The position numbers were made by a program, and so were the translations under genes. From assembly GCA_963665815.1 (NCBI GenBank), contig OY762463.1, positions 1,248,001-1,312,000 of the forward strand: DNA of 64,000 nucleotides. The letters run 5' to 3'. This stretch comes from Candidatus Cloacimonadales bacterium. GTDB taxonomy: Bacteria > Cloacimonadota > Cloacimonadia > Cloacimonadales > JAIOQZ01. The notes under the pieces are model-generated. The model worked only from the letters and a program-made list of their open reading frames with translations. It was not told the DNA's origin and ran no database searches. Of this stretch, positions 40,752 to 48,854 are shown piece after piece; position 1 is the first letter of the stretch, and every line of letters begins with the position of its first letter.

Positions 40752-40810
40752 GTTTTATCCTCTTTATATTGTTTTAATGTCATTGAAATTAAACTTAGTA
40801 AAATTGTCTA

Positions 40811-40852
40811 TAAAAAAAGAAAAGCAAAAACCAAATACTGATTTTTGCTTTT
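40811..40852 (-). terminator. Putative terminator after hup
   Basis: AAAAGCAAAAA...TTTTTGCTTTT hairpin with an adjacent A run. Confidence 0.5.
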
Positions 40853-40869
40853 ACAAAAAACTTCTCAAA

Positions 40870-41142
40870 CTATTTTACAGCTTCTCTGAGTTTCTTTCCA
40901 GCTTTGAATACCGGAACTTTTCTCTCAGGAATTGGGATAGTTTCTTTAGTTCTTGGGTTAATACCTTTTCTAGCTGCTCTTGTTACAACTGAGAATGTAC
41001 CAAAACCAACGAGTGAAACTTTTCCACCATCTGCCAGTTCGTTTTGAATACCTTCAAGTACTGAGGTCAATGCTTGAGCAGCTGCCTTTTTTGTGATCTG
41101 AACATCTTCTGAGATTTTTGTGATTAATTCTTCTCTACTCAT
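40870..41142 (-). CDS. hup: DNA-binding protein HU
   Basis: LVGFGTF...RAARKGINPRT-E-I-I...VPVFKAGK-LREAVK; RBS GGAGG. Confidence 0.96.
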   Translation of the reverse strand: MSREELITKISEDVQITKKAAAQALTSVLEGIQNELADGGKVSLVGFGTFSVVTRAARKGINPRTKETIPIPERKVPVFKAGKKLREAVK

Positions 41143-41183
41143 TTAATCCTCCAAACGTTTTTTTGTCTTTGTTACTAAACCGT

Positions 41184-41212
41184 TTAGTACGTTAATTATA
41201 TAATTCTGTCAA
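41184..41212 (-). promoter_or_regulatory. Putative sigma70 promoter of hup, overlapped by a palindrome
   Basis: On the minus strand TTGACA-17 nt-TACTAA; inverted repeat TACTAAAC-C-GTTTAGTA at 41173-41189. Confidence 0.5.
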
Positions 41213-41287
41213 TAAAAAAATATCTGGCAGACGTTATTTTTACTTTTTACGAATTTTCATCTCGCAATTTATTGCTACCAAACAGCA

Positions 41288-42085
41288 TTAACTGAATGAC
41301 TTTTTGATAGCCTGAGTAAGTTTGAACACAGACTCAAGTTCTTCTTTTGTGAACTCCTGTTTACTGATATTCTTGAAAATATCTCTGATCTTCTTAAGGT
41401 TCTGTGATGAGAACTGATAGTAATCAAGTGCTGCAATCTGTTCATTTTCAATATTATCCACATTATAGATAAGATTACTTAATACACCAACTTCGTTGAT
41501 AACACCTGTCTGATCTGCCCTATAGTTATCTATAAGCAGTTTTGAAAGTCTGTCCAGCCCTTCTGTCCAACCACCAAGCTGTAAAAGAATAAATGTGTCA
41601 AAGTCACCTGAATCATAAAGTGTAAACACAATATCCTGCTTATATTTATCAAGAGTAACTTCCAGTTCCTTCCACTTGTCTTCTTCAATCAGCATTTTAA
41701 GCTCATCAGCAAGCTTGAGAATATCGTCACTGAGCCCGATAAATTTTGAGTAGTCAATCATCTGAGCAGCAATATCAATAAGTTTTGTTTTATTGCGTGA
41801 TTGTGCCGCGAAAATTGCATCAGCAGTTAAAGCACCAAGCGAAAAAGCTGCTTTAAATACGTTGTCTTTGATCTCCGGAAGCTCTTCCGGTAGTAATTTG
41901 TCATATTCAGATCCTTCGAGATAATCCAGTTTCTCAAATACATCTGAAAATGAAGGTAAAGGAAAATGATAATACTTTACTACTGGTGTTTTATCTTTGC
42001 TTTCCTCTTGTTTCTTTTCTCCACATCCGAAAAGAAGTGCAAGAATGCTGATTGTAACTACCAGATAAATCATTTTTCTGATCAT
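41288..42085 (-). CDS. Hypothetical all-helical lipoprotein
   Basis: Lipobox LLFG-C; motifs A-x-LG...AD and LGGWTEGL; RBS GGGAGG. Confidence 0.75.
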   Translation of the reverse strand: MIRKMIYLVVTISILALLFGCGEKKQEESKDKTPVVKYYHFPLPSFSDVFEKLDYLEGSEYDKLLPEELPEIKDNVFKAAFSLGALTADAIFAAQSRNKTKLIDIAAQMIDYSKFIGLSDDILKLADELKMLIEEDKWKELEVTLDKYKQDIVFTLYDSGDFDTFILLQLGGWTEGLDRLSKLLIDNYRADQTGVINEVGVLSNLIYNVDNIENEQIAALDYYQFSSQNLKKIRDIFKNISKQEFTKEELESVFKLTQAIKKSFS

Positions 42086-42106
42086 CGTATCCTCCCGATT
42101 TATTCA

Positions 42107-45100
42107 TTAATCTTTATAGTAATGTTTCAATTTAATATAAGTTATTACATTCAACAATGCAACATAAAGTAATGTTACAAGTAAATTAAAATTATACGTT
42201 CTGAAAATTCGATTGAAATAGAGTTTATAGCTCGAAAGAAAAACGTTTTTACCGGTGTTCAGATACTTTCCATCCATCATATCCACAGAAAGATTCAGAT
42301 ACCTGTTCACATACTTCTTTTTACTGTACTTCTCACCAAAACTATTCTTCTCATTTACGATTTTTTGTTTTTCTTTTGTTAAGTCACTTTTAGTAATTAT
42401 ACCGTTCTCATAATTTTCTCTGAGTGTCAATCTTTTTTTATTCAGCAATTCCAATTTGTATTCAAAAGGATTTCGCTTTGAATACGCTGTGTATAACCCC
42501 TCAAACAGCCACCTCGAGGGAATAACTTCCACAACTTCCGGTACAGGATTGGTTTTTACAACACGTAAACTCCTGTTCATTCTCTCATATTCTATAATTG
42601 CTCCACCAAAAATAATCTGCGGTATCAATATCAAAGGCAGTACATTAATTATTGCCTTCCTTGAATTTATGAATGATGATATCAGCATACCAAGGCTGAA
42701 ACCGAACGCTCCGGCAACACATAGATACAGAAAGTTAATCCAGAATACTCCCCGAATTCCCAGTATTAAAACAGATACACTCAAATAAAGAATTGACTGT
42801 ACAACCGTATACAAAGTCAATGCTGCAAATTTACTGAATAAATGGTATGAGATTCTTGATTGCAGCATCTTTTCCCGAATGAACATCCGCCGTTCTCCAA
42901 GTATCTCTTCTATACTGTTAGACATACCCATAAAAATAAACACAATTATCGAAATAAATATGAATATACCAATATTAATATTCTCGGCATAAGAATATAC
43001 TTCGTTAGTTGGAGCAAGTCTCAATATAAACGATATCAAAAATCCCAGCAGCGGGGCTTCCAGGAAAGTAATCAGATTGTTCGACTTATTCCTGAACTTC
43101 AGCAGAAAATTCTTGTACAGATATGCAGCAAGCAGGCGACTAAGATTGTAAAAACCAAGCTTCTTCCGCTTTATTCTACCTGATGTTACCTCAGCATTAG
43201 AGTCTTCTCCCTCAACATTCATCAAATCATATAGAGTTTTGCGTCTGAATTTATCACGCCAGTAGACAGGAGTAAATTTCCTTTTTACCATTAACGTATC
43301 ATTTTTCTGTATATACCTTATCTCACCATTCTCATCATAGAATGGATACTCAATCAGCTCATAGAAGAAATCCGGTATCTGCTGACGTTTTTTCTTACGG
43401 ATTATCTCCTTACGCTTTGTCAGAGAATCTATCTCTGTATTAAAGTAATCAAAAGCATCCTGAGGTGCTCCATAATAGACCTGCTTACCCCCCTGATCCA
43501 TCAGAAGTATTTTACTGAAGGTCATCAGAATATCAGTATTAGGCTGGTGAATTGACAATATAATAATCTTTCCCTGATTACATAACTTCTTCAAAAGTTC
43601 TATCACCTGGACAGAATCTATTGATGACAGACCTGATGTCGGCTCATCGCAAATCAGGATTGTAGGTTCGGTAAGCAGTTCCAGAGCAATATTCAACCGC
43701 TTACGCTCTCCCCCGCTCAAGAGTTTGTTCTCAGCGTTTCCGACAATACTGGTTTTCCTGTGCTGCAAGTTCATCTCCATAAGAATATTGGCTATTTTCT
43801 GTCGGAGATTTTCCTTGGATATTCTTGGCAGCAGCAGTTTTCCTCTGAAATAGAGGTTTTCGTATACTGTGAGTTCGGGATATAGCAGATCTTCCTGTGG
43901 AACGAATCCCACAAACTTGGAGAAATAGTTTATATTGCTGAAATAATCTTTCCCATCAAGAGTTATGGAACCATATGTAGGAGTTATCTCCCCTATAACG
44001 GTTTTCAGCATTGTTGATTTACCACAACCGCTTTGTCCCAGAATTCCTACAAGATCACCCTTGGACATTGAAAATGAGCAGTTATCCAGGGCAAGCGCAC
44101 CATCCGGGAAATAGTGTTTGAGATCGAGAACAGAAAATTCCTGAACCTCAAATGGAATCTCAATCAAATCCAGAAACTGGTTAATCCTGAAATTTCTGTT
44201 ATTAATTGTAATAATATCGTTGTTAAGAACAAATCTGACAGATTCGGAAATTTTTTTCTTGTTTACATAGAAATCCCAGCGTTTACGTTTGGGATAGATG
44301 AAATACTCTCCGGACTGCGATTGAATCCAGGCAATTGTCTTACCTTTGTCCTCAGCTGACATAAAGAACATATTGTTGTCAAAACCGATATACATTTTGC
44401 CGGGTGTGACCGGATTAGCTCCGATATCATCTCTATGCTGAATCACATCTGTCAACAGGAACGGATCATAACTATCAATACAGATCGAATCGTCAAAATG
44501 CAGCTTTATTTCCTTATTTACAGGTATTTTGTCGTCATTTACAGACACACAGCTGTATTCCTGAATAAGACTGTAATGGTTCTTATTATTTATGATTTTA
44601 AACTTATAGCTTGTTGTGGAAAAACTGATGATATCGTAAGAATTACGTGAGTCCATCATCTTCTGAAGATGCTCTGCAGAAAAACTGACTTTCCCAATGT
44701 TAAGATGTCCCATGGGAGGCAGCAGATACAGCCGATTTCCCTTCAAGGGCTGATCGTTTATGAAAGCCGAACTGTTATTGCTGGTACCAATAAATATCAG
44801 TTTATCAATAGTAACAACGAGAAGCTCTTTGTCTTTTACATCACCATCGCGGAACATGATGTCCGATTCACTATTCTCACCAATAATAAGGTAATCGTGG
44901 AAAAGTGATTTTCTTGTATGATGGAAATAGCGGAATCCTCTGATAGACACAGGCTCTGTCTTACTGTACTCAATCGCATCAATAATCGCCATAAAGCCTT
45001 CTGTCTCAAGGTTAAGCTTTTTGGATAGCTCCAGAATCTGAGTTACATCTGTTGATGAAAACGAGTTGTTGACGTTAGCAAGTGCAATAAGACTGATCAG

Positions 45101-45358
45101 GATTCTGATCTTATCGAGAGTTATAAGATGCCTGTTGAGAAAGTTCAGGATTTTTGGCATATCCAGTTCTTTCTGGCTCATCTCCCGAATAAACATCTCC
45201 CAGGATATATCTTCCTTGCGGAACAGGTTTTCCAGCAGATTGAACAGAACGTCTGTTTCAGATTCGTCGATCACATCATCCGAGCGAATCAGACTTATAT
45301 ATAAACCCGTTATATGCTTTATTATCTCTTCTCTGATTTTGGCATCTTCTTTATTCAT
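42107..45358 (-). CDS. TerB-like + FHA-like + ABC ATPase + ABC-2 membrane domain fusion transporter
   Basis: N-terminal SDDVIDESE / LANVNNSFSSTD TerB-like pairs; Walker A GQSGCGKST, LSGGERKR, DEPTSGL, SIHQP; C-terminal TMs with LILIPQIIFGG. Confidence 0.85.
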   Translation of the reverse strand: MNKEDAKIREEIIKHITGLYISLIRSDDVIDESETDVLFNLLENLFRKEDISWEMFIREMSQKELDMPKILNFLNRHLITLDKIRILISLIALANVNNSFSSTDVTQILELSKKLNLETEGFMAIIDAIEYSKTEPVSIRGFRYFHHTRKSLFHDYLIIGENSESDIMFRDGDVKDKELLVVTIDKLIFIGTSNNSSAFINDQPLKGNRLYLLPPMGHLNIGKVSFSAEHLQKMMDSRNSYDIISFSTTSYKFKIINNKNHYSLIQEYSCVSVNDDKIPVNKEIKLHFDDSICIDSYDPFLLTDVIQHRDDIGANPVTPGKMYIGFDNNMFFMSAEDKGKTIAWIQSQSGEYFIYPKRKRWDFYVNKKKISESVRFVLNNDIITINNRNFRINQFLDLIEIPFEVQEFSVLDLKHYFPDGALALDNCSFSMSKGDLVGILGQSGCGKSTMLKTVIGEITPTYGSITLDGKDYFSNINYFSKFVGFVPQEDLLYPELTVYENLYFRGKLLLPRISKENLRQKIANILMEMNLQHRKTSIVGNAENKLLSGGERKRLNIALELLTEPTILICDEPTSGLSSIDSVQVIELLKKLCNQGKIIILSIHQPNTDILMTFSKILLMDQGGKQVYYGAPQDAFDYFNTEIDSLTKRKEIIRKKKRQQIPDFFYELIEYPFYDENGEIRYIQKNDTLMVKRKFTPVYWRDKFRRKTLYDLMNVEGEDSNAEVTSGRIKRKKLGFYNLSRLLAAYLYKNFLLKFRNKSNNLITFLEAPLLGFLISFILRLAPTNEVYSYAENINIGIFIFISIIVFIFMGMSNSIEEILGERRMFIREKMLQSRISYHLFSKFAALTLYTVVQSILYLSVSVLILGIRGVFWINFLYLCVAGAFGFSLGMLISSFINSRKAIINVLPLILIPQIIFGGAIIEYERMNRSLRVVKTNPVPEVVEVIPSRWLFEGLYTAYSKRNPFEYKLELLNKKRLTLRENYENGIITKSDLTKEKQKIVNEKNSFGEKYSKKKYVNRYLNLSVDMMDGKYLNTGKNVFLSSYKLYFNRIFRTYNFNLLVTLLYVALLNVITYIKLKHYYKD

Positions 45359-45391
45359 TGCGTTGACTCATGTATTCCGGATTGTGTGATG

Positions 45392-45859
45392 TTACAGCAC
45401 TTCTACCTTGCACTTTAAAACACCATGGGGAATCAGACCTATCTGGTCGGCCGCCCCGTAGGACAGATCGATATCCCTTCCTTTAATGAAAGGCCCTCTG
45501 TCGTTAACCCGTACGATAACGGATTTCCCGTTTGACTCGTTTGTTACTCTCAGTTTTGTTCCGAATGCAAATTTCTTATGTGCACATGTCATAGCGTGCA
45601 TATCGAATGTCTCACCATTGGCAGTTTTACGTCCATGGAATTTCCGTCCGTAGTACGAACACACGGCGTAGAACTCCTTACCTTTAAGGGGAGTTACACT
45701 CTTCTTTTTTGTTTTCTTAGCGGTAGAGGATTTTTTTACATCCTTAGTCACATAAATGACATTAGGCGTGCAGGCACTGAGTATTACACATATTATAATA
45801 CTGAATGCCAGAAGCTTAGAACTGTTTCTCAACCGATTTATAAATATACTTTGCATCAA
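45392..45859 (-). CDS. rlpA: Septal ring lytic transglycosylase RlpA family lipoprotein
   Basis: SYYGRKFHGRKTANGETFDM-AMT-AH...VRVNDRGPF...IDLSYGAA; lipobox LSA-C. Confidence 0.92.
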   Translation of the reverse strand: MMQSIFINRLRNSSKLLAFSIIICVILSACTPNVIYVTKDVKKSSTAKKTKKKSVTPLKGKEFYAVCSYYGRKFHGRKTANGETFDMHAMTCAHKKFAFGTKLRVTNESNGKSVIVRVNDRGPFIKGRDIDLSYGAADQIGLIPHGVLKCKVEVL

Positions 45860-46010
45860 TTGTTTATTTACTTGAAAATCTTTTCATGTCAATATATTTC
45901 GATATTTTGTTGGTATAAAGATTTGATTACTACTTCGTATTGAGACTACAGTTGGTAACGTTAGTTGATTTTTGATAATCCTTTTTCCCTGTAGGCTCAA
46001 CAGTCTACCA

Positions 46011-46746
46011 TAGTGTTTTCATTTCGTGAAAACACCAGAAAAAAAATAGGGAAAACAAAATAATGCAGAACTGTTGAGATTTTGCAAGCCTGATTCATTA
46101 GAGTATACAACTTCATATAGTAAATCCAGAATAGAGTTTTCAGTACATAGAAAAGAAAATCATAGACATGATTCCTGAAGTTTTTAAAATCTTAAAATAT
46201 GGAGATAAAAATGTATGATAAAGAGGAACTCAAGAAAAGAGGTCTAATCTCAACCGGAAGAAGTCTGCCTTATAATCCCAAGTTAAAAGAAAGAGCAAAA
46301 TATTTACGCAGCAATTTGATACAACATGAGAAGCGGCTTTGGTTCTTTTTCTTGAATAAATGTGGTTATAAATGGAGAAGGCAACATCCAATAGACAATG
46401 ATATCTGTGACTTCTACTGTCCTGAACTTAAACTTGTTATAGAAATTGATGGAGAAAGCCATAACAGTGAGTTTGGTAAAACTTATGATTATGAAAGAGA
46501 CCAGATTTTGAATTCTTACGGTCTTAAAATTCTTAGATTCAGTAATCAGGAAATCATAAACAATCTCAATAATGTATGCTCTGAGATTTCGAAATTCTTT
46601 GTCAAATGACAGATAAATTCTTTTGTTCCCATTGTCTCGCATGCTCGACATTTCCCCGTAGTGTTTTTACATTGTGAAAACATCAGATGTAAACTAGGGA
46701 AAACAAGTTATTGCATAACTTATCAGCTTTTCACAAGCTACTTCAT
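46011..46746. repeat. Two degenerate ~88-bp direct repeats (46011-46098 and 46659-46746) containing hairpins, flanking the DUF559 gene
   Basis: TAGTGTTTT...GTGAAAACA-CAGA...TAGGGAAAACAA...TGCA-AACT...CAAGC...TTCAT shared by both copies. Confidence 0.7.
46211..46609 (+). CDS. DUF559 family (Vsr-like) endonuclease domain protein
   Basis: LPYNPKLKERAK-LR...EKRLW...RRQHPI...DFYC...LVIEIDGESH...YDYERD-L-G-ILRF-N; RBS GGAG. Confidence 0.9.
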   Translation: MYDKEELKKRGLISTGRSLPYNPKLKERAKYLRSNLIQHEKRLWFFFLNKCGYKWRRQHPIDNDICDFYCPELKLVIEIDGESHNSEFGKTYDYERDQILNSYGLKILRFSNQEIINNLNNVCSEISKFFVK

Positions 46747-47003
46747 CCTTGAAAATTTCTTACAAATCTAAGATTATACAAGAAAACTGACAGATTCTAA
46801 CAACTTTGTACTCCCTCGGTCTGTTTCTGGATGTATTCCTTCGGAAACATCTACGGGGAGCTGGTTCCGATTTCTTAATCGGAATCTGAGGGTTAATTCT
46901 TAAAATCTAAATATCAGAGTGTTACGCTTGCAGAGACTTCGAACAACACCGTAAACCCACACTACGTGATGAACTCCGGTAATCCTAATCTTCCCCAAGC
47001 AAC

Positions 47004-47035
47004 AAAAAAACCTGCTGAACTAAGTCAGCAGGTTG
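47004..47035 (-). terminator. Rho-independent terminator after nfu
   Basis: Minus strand AACCTGCTGA-CTTAGT-TCAGCAGGTT followed by a T run. Confidence 0.8.
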
Positions 47036-47099
47036 TAAAATTATTATGTGTTGTAATCACACCATTCCGAAGGTCTGAAGACCATTCTGAAGGTGATAG

Positions 47100-47327
47100 T
47101 TATTTTGCAGCTACAACTTCTACGATTTCAGGGATTTCTTCTTTAAGAACTCTCTCAACACCGGCTTTAAGAGTTAATGTAGCCATTGGGCAGCTTCCGC
47201 AAGCACCTGTAAGTCTTACTTCTACTACATTGTCTTCTCTGATTTTTACAAGTTCAACATCTCCACCGTCTGCCTGAATTGCAGGTCTTACCTTATCAAG
47301 TACTTCTTCAATACGTTCGCGAGTCAT
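47100..47327 (-). CDS. NifU/Nfu-type Fe-S cluster carrier protein
   Basis: VRPAIQADGGDVEL...LTGACGSCPMATLTLKAGVE; RBS AAGGAG. Confidence 0.95.
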   Translation of the reverse strand: MTRERIEEVLDKVRPAIQADGGDVELVKIREDNVVEVRLTGACGSCPMATLTLKAGVERVLKEEIPEIVEVVAAK

Positions 47328-47510
47328 TTCACTCTCCTTCTATGTTTTTTATAATCTTTTTAACTTATTCTGTTCTAATGACTAAGTCACATTTCGGAAC
47401 AGATTCACCATGGAATTCTGATTAATCTCAATAAAAAATTAATTACAGGTATTATGTAAAGAAATTTATAAAAAAATTGAATAATGTCAAATTATTTAGA
47501 ACACTGCATA

Positions 47511-48122
47511 TTGGAATCCCCCCTTTTTTTCTTGAAAATCTGACTTCAAGAAAATTGGAAGGATTGTTAGCAGACATTTCTTAGAAAAATGCACTCTTCA
47601 TTTTCTTTGGTACCAAAGAAAACGAAACAAAAGAGAATGGAGAAGTTGATGAAATTGTAAATTTCATCGAAAAGCACTCTTTTTAAAATGTATTTCCAGT
47701 AAACTGGAACCATAAATTTTTCCTAAAATCCTTCCAAGGCTTCAGGATTTCTTAACGGTTAAATTTATTATACAGTAAAAAAGAGAAAATGCTATCTTCA
47801 ATGCAAAACAATCATACTTAGTTCAAAGCTATTACATTGATTCATATTTTCCACTGATTTACTGTTTCAATACTTTTATTTATAATAAGTTATACATACA
47901 TTGTATTTGGGTTTCGGGGGGATGCATGATTTAGATCACTGCATATGGGTATTCCCCTTTTTCATGAAAATCTGACTTGAGGTTTTCTTAACCGAAAAAT
48001 TCACTTTATTAACATATATAGGGAATACAATCTATAGCTATTACAAAGTTTTTTCAGGAAATACCGAATGCAAACGAAAAAGAGAAAATGTCATCATCAA
48101 TGCAATGGAATCCAGTTTTAGT
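47511..48122. repeat. Degenerate duplicated, palindrome-rich non-coding element(s)
   Basis: CCCCTTTTT-C-TGAAAATCTGACTT at about 47520 and 47955; AAAAAGAGAAAATG...TCAATGCAA at about 47780 and 48077; perfect 22-bp palindrome TTTTCTTTGGTACCAAAGAAAA at 47601-47622. Confidence 0.55.
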
Positions 48123-48390
48123 ATAATGAAAAACAAACTCAGAAATATTACACATTCTCTACAATCGGCTTAGCAGATAGCTATATTCAATACTTCAAAT
48201 CTTACAGATTTTGCATAATGCAACAGATTTTCAACTGATTCTGTAGTCGAACAAGACAAAGGATACTCCCAGACACAACAAGTGAATTCACTCGATAAAT
48301 CCTGCCTTGTTCCTAAATTATCAAAAATCCTTTGACAAATTACTACAATATGCTGTTTTTGTAAAAAAAATATGTGAATGTGGAGGACAC

Positions 48391-48810
48391 ATGAAACACA
48401 GTGGATTAGTTAAGAAAAAGAAATTTTCTCTGATAGACTTATTAATGATAATAATGGTTATCGGAATTATCTTTGTTTTTGTTATTCCTCTTAGACAGGA
48501 TGGAATTGACTTCAAGAAAGCTCAGGAAGCAATTAAGAACATCCAGATAATCAAATTTGCTAACATTAAGTACAAAAACAACCCGGAACTTGGTGACGGT
48601 GACTATGCTGCTGAACTCAGCTTCCTTAACCTTGATCTTGAAGAAAAATACTTTTCTTACTCTGTAACAGATTCCACAGTTGTTGCTACCAGCACAGAAG
48701 AATTTGGAGTTAAAGGAGCTAAGATTATTTATAATCTTCCTAACGGTCCATGGATGACAGGCGGTAAAGAAAAAGTAAAAAGCAGAATCAATGCTGACTG
48801 GTTACCATAA
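48391..48810 (+). CDS. Type IV pilin-like protein with atypical N-terminal motif
   Basis: RBS GGAGG; basic leader then FSLIDLLMIIMVIGII...IP and A-x-EA...Y helix typical of pilins. Confidence 0.75.
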   Translation: MKHSGLVKKKKFSLIDLLMIIMVIGIIFVFVIPLRQDGIDFKKAQEAIKNIQIIKFANIKYKNNPELGDGDYAAELSFLNLDLEEKYFSYSVTDSTVVATSTEEFGVKGAKIIYNLPNGPWMTGGKEKVKSRINADWLP

Positions 48811-48818
48811 AATTTTAT

Positions 48819-48843
48819 GCCTTCGTAAGAAGGCTTTTTTTTT
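48819..48843 (+). terminator. Rho-independent terminator
   Basis: GCCTTC-GTAA-GAAGGC followed by a T run. Confidence 0.8.
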
Positions 48844-48854
48844 GATCAATACTA

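Noticed and set aside
41454-41462. DnaA box TTATCCACA near dnaN suggesting oriC
   Set aside because: Single copy inside a coding region; another isolated copy lies within ftsQ; no cluster and no dnaA
47056-47327. Selenocysteine recoding of nfu via the downstream hairpin
   Set aside because: Both CxxC residues are TGC codons and the stop is TAA; there is no in-frame TGA
45980-48130. CRISPR array
   Set aside because: Repeats are few, long, degenerate and irregularly spaced; no cas genes
48307-48390. Longer upstream starts given by the ORF track (also at 1747, 8090, 10739, 35348, 35898, 52957)
   Set aside because: Downstream starts have better RBS spacing and match the expected family N-termini
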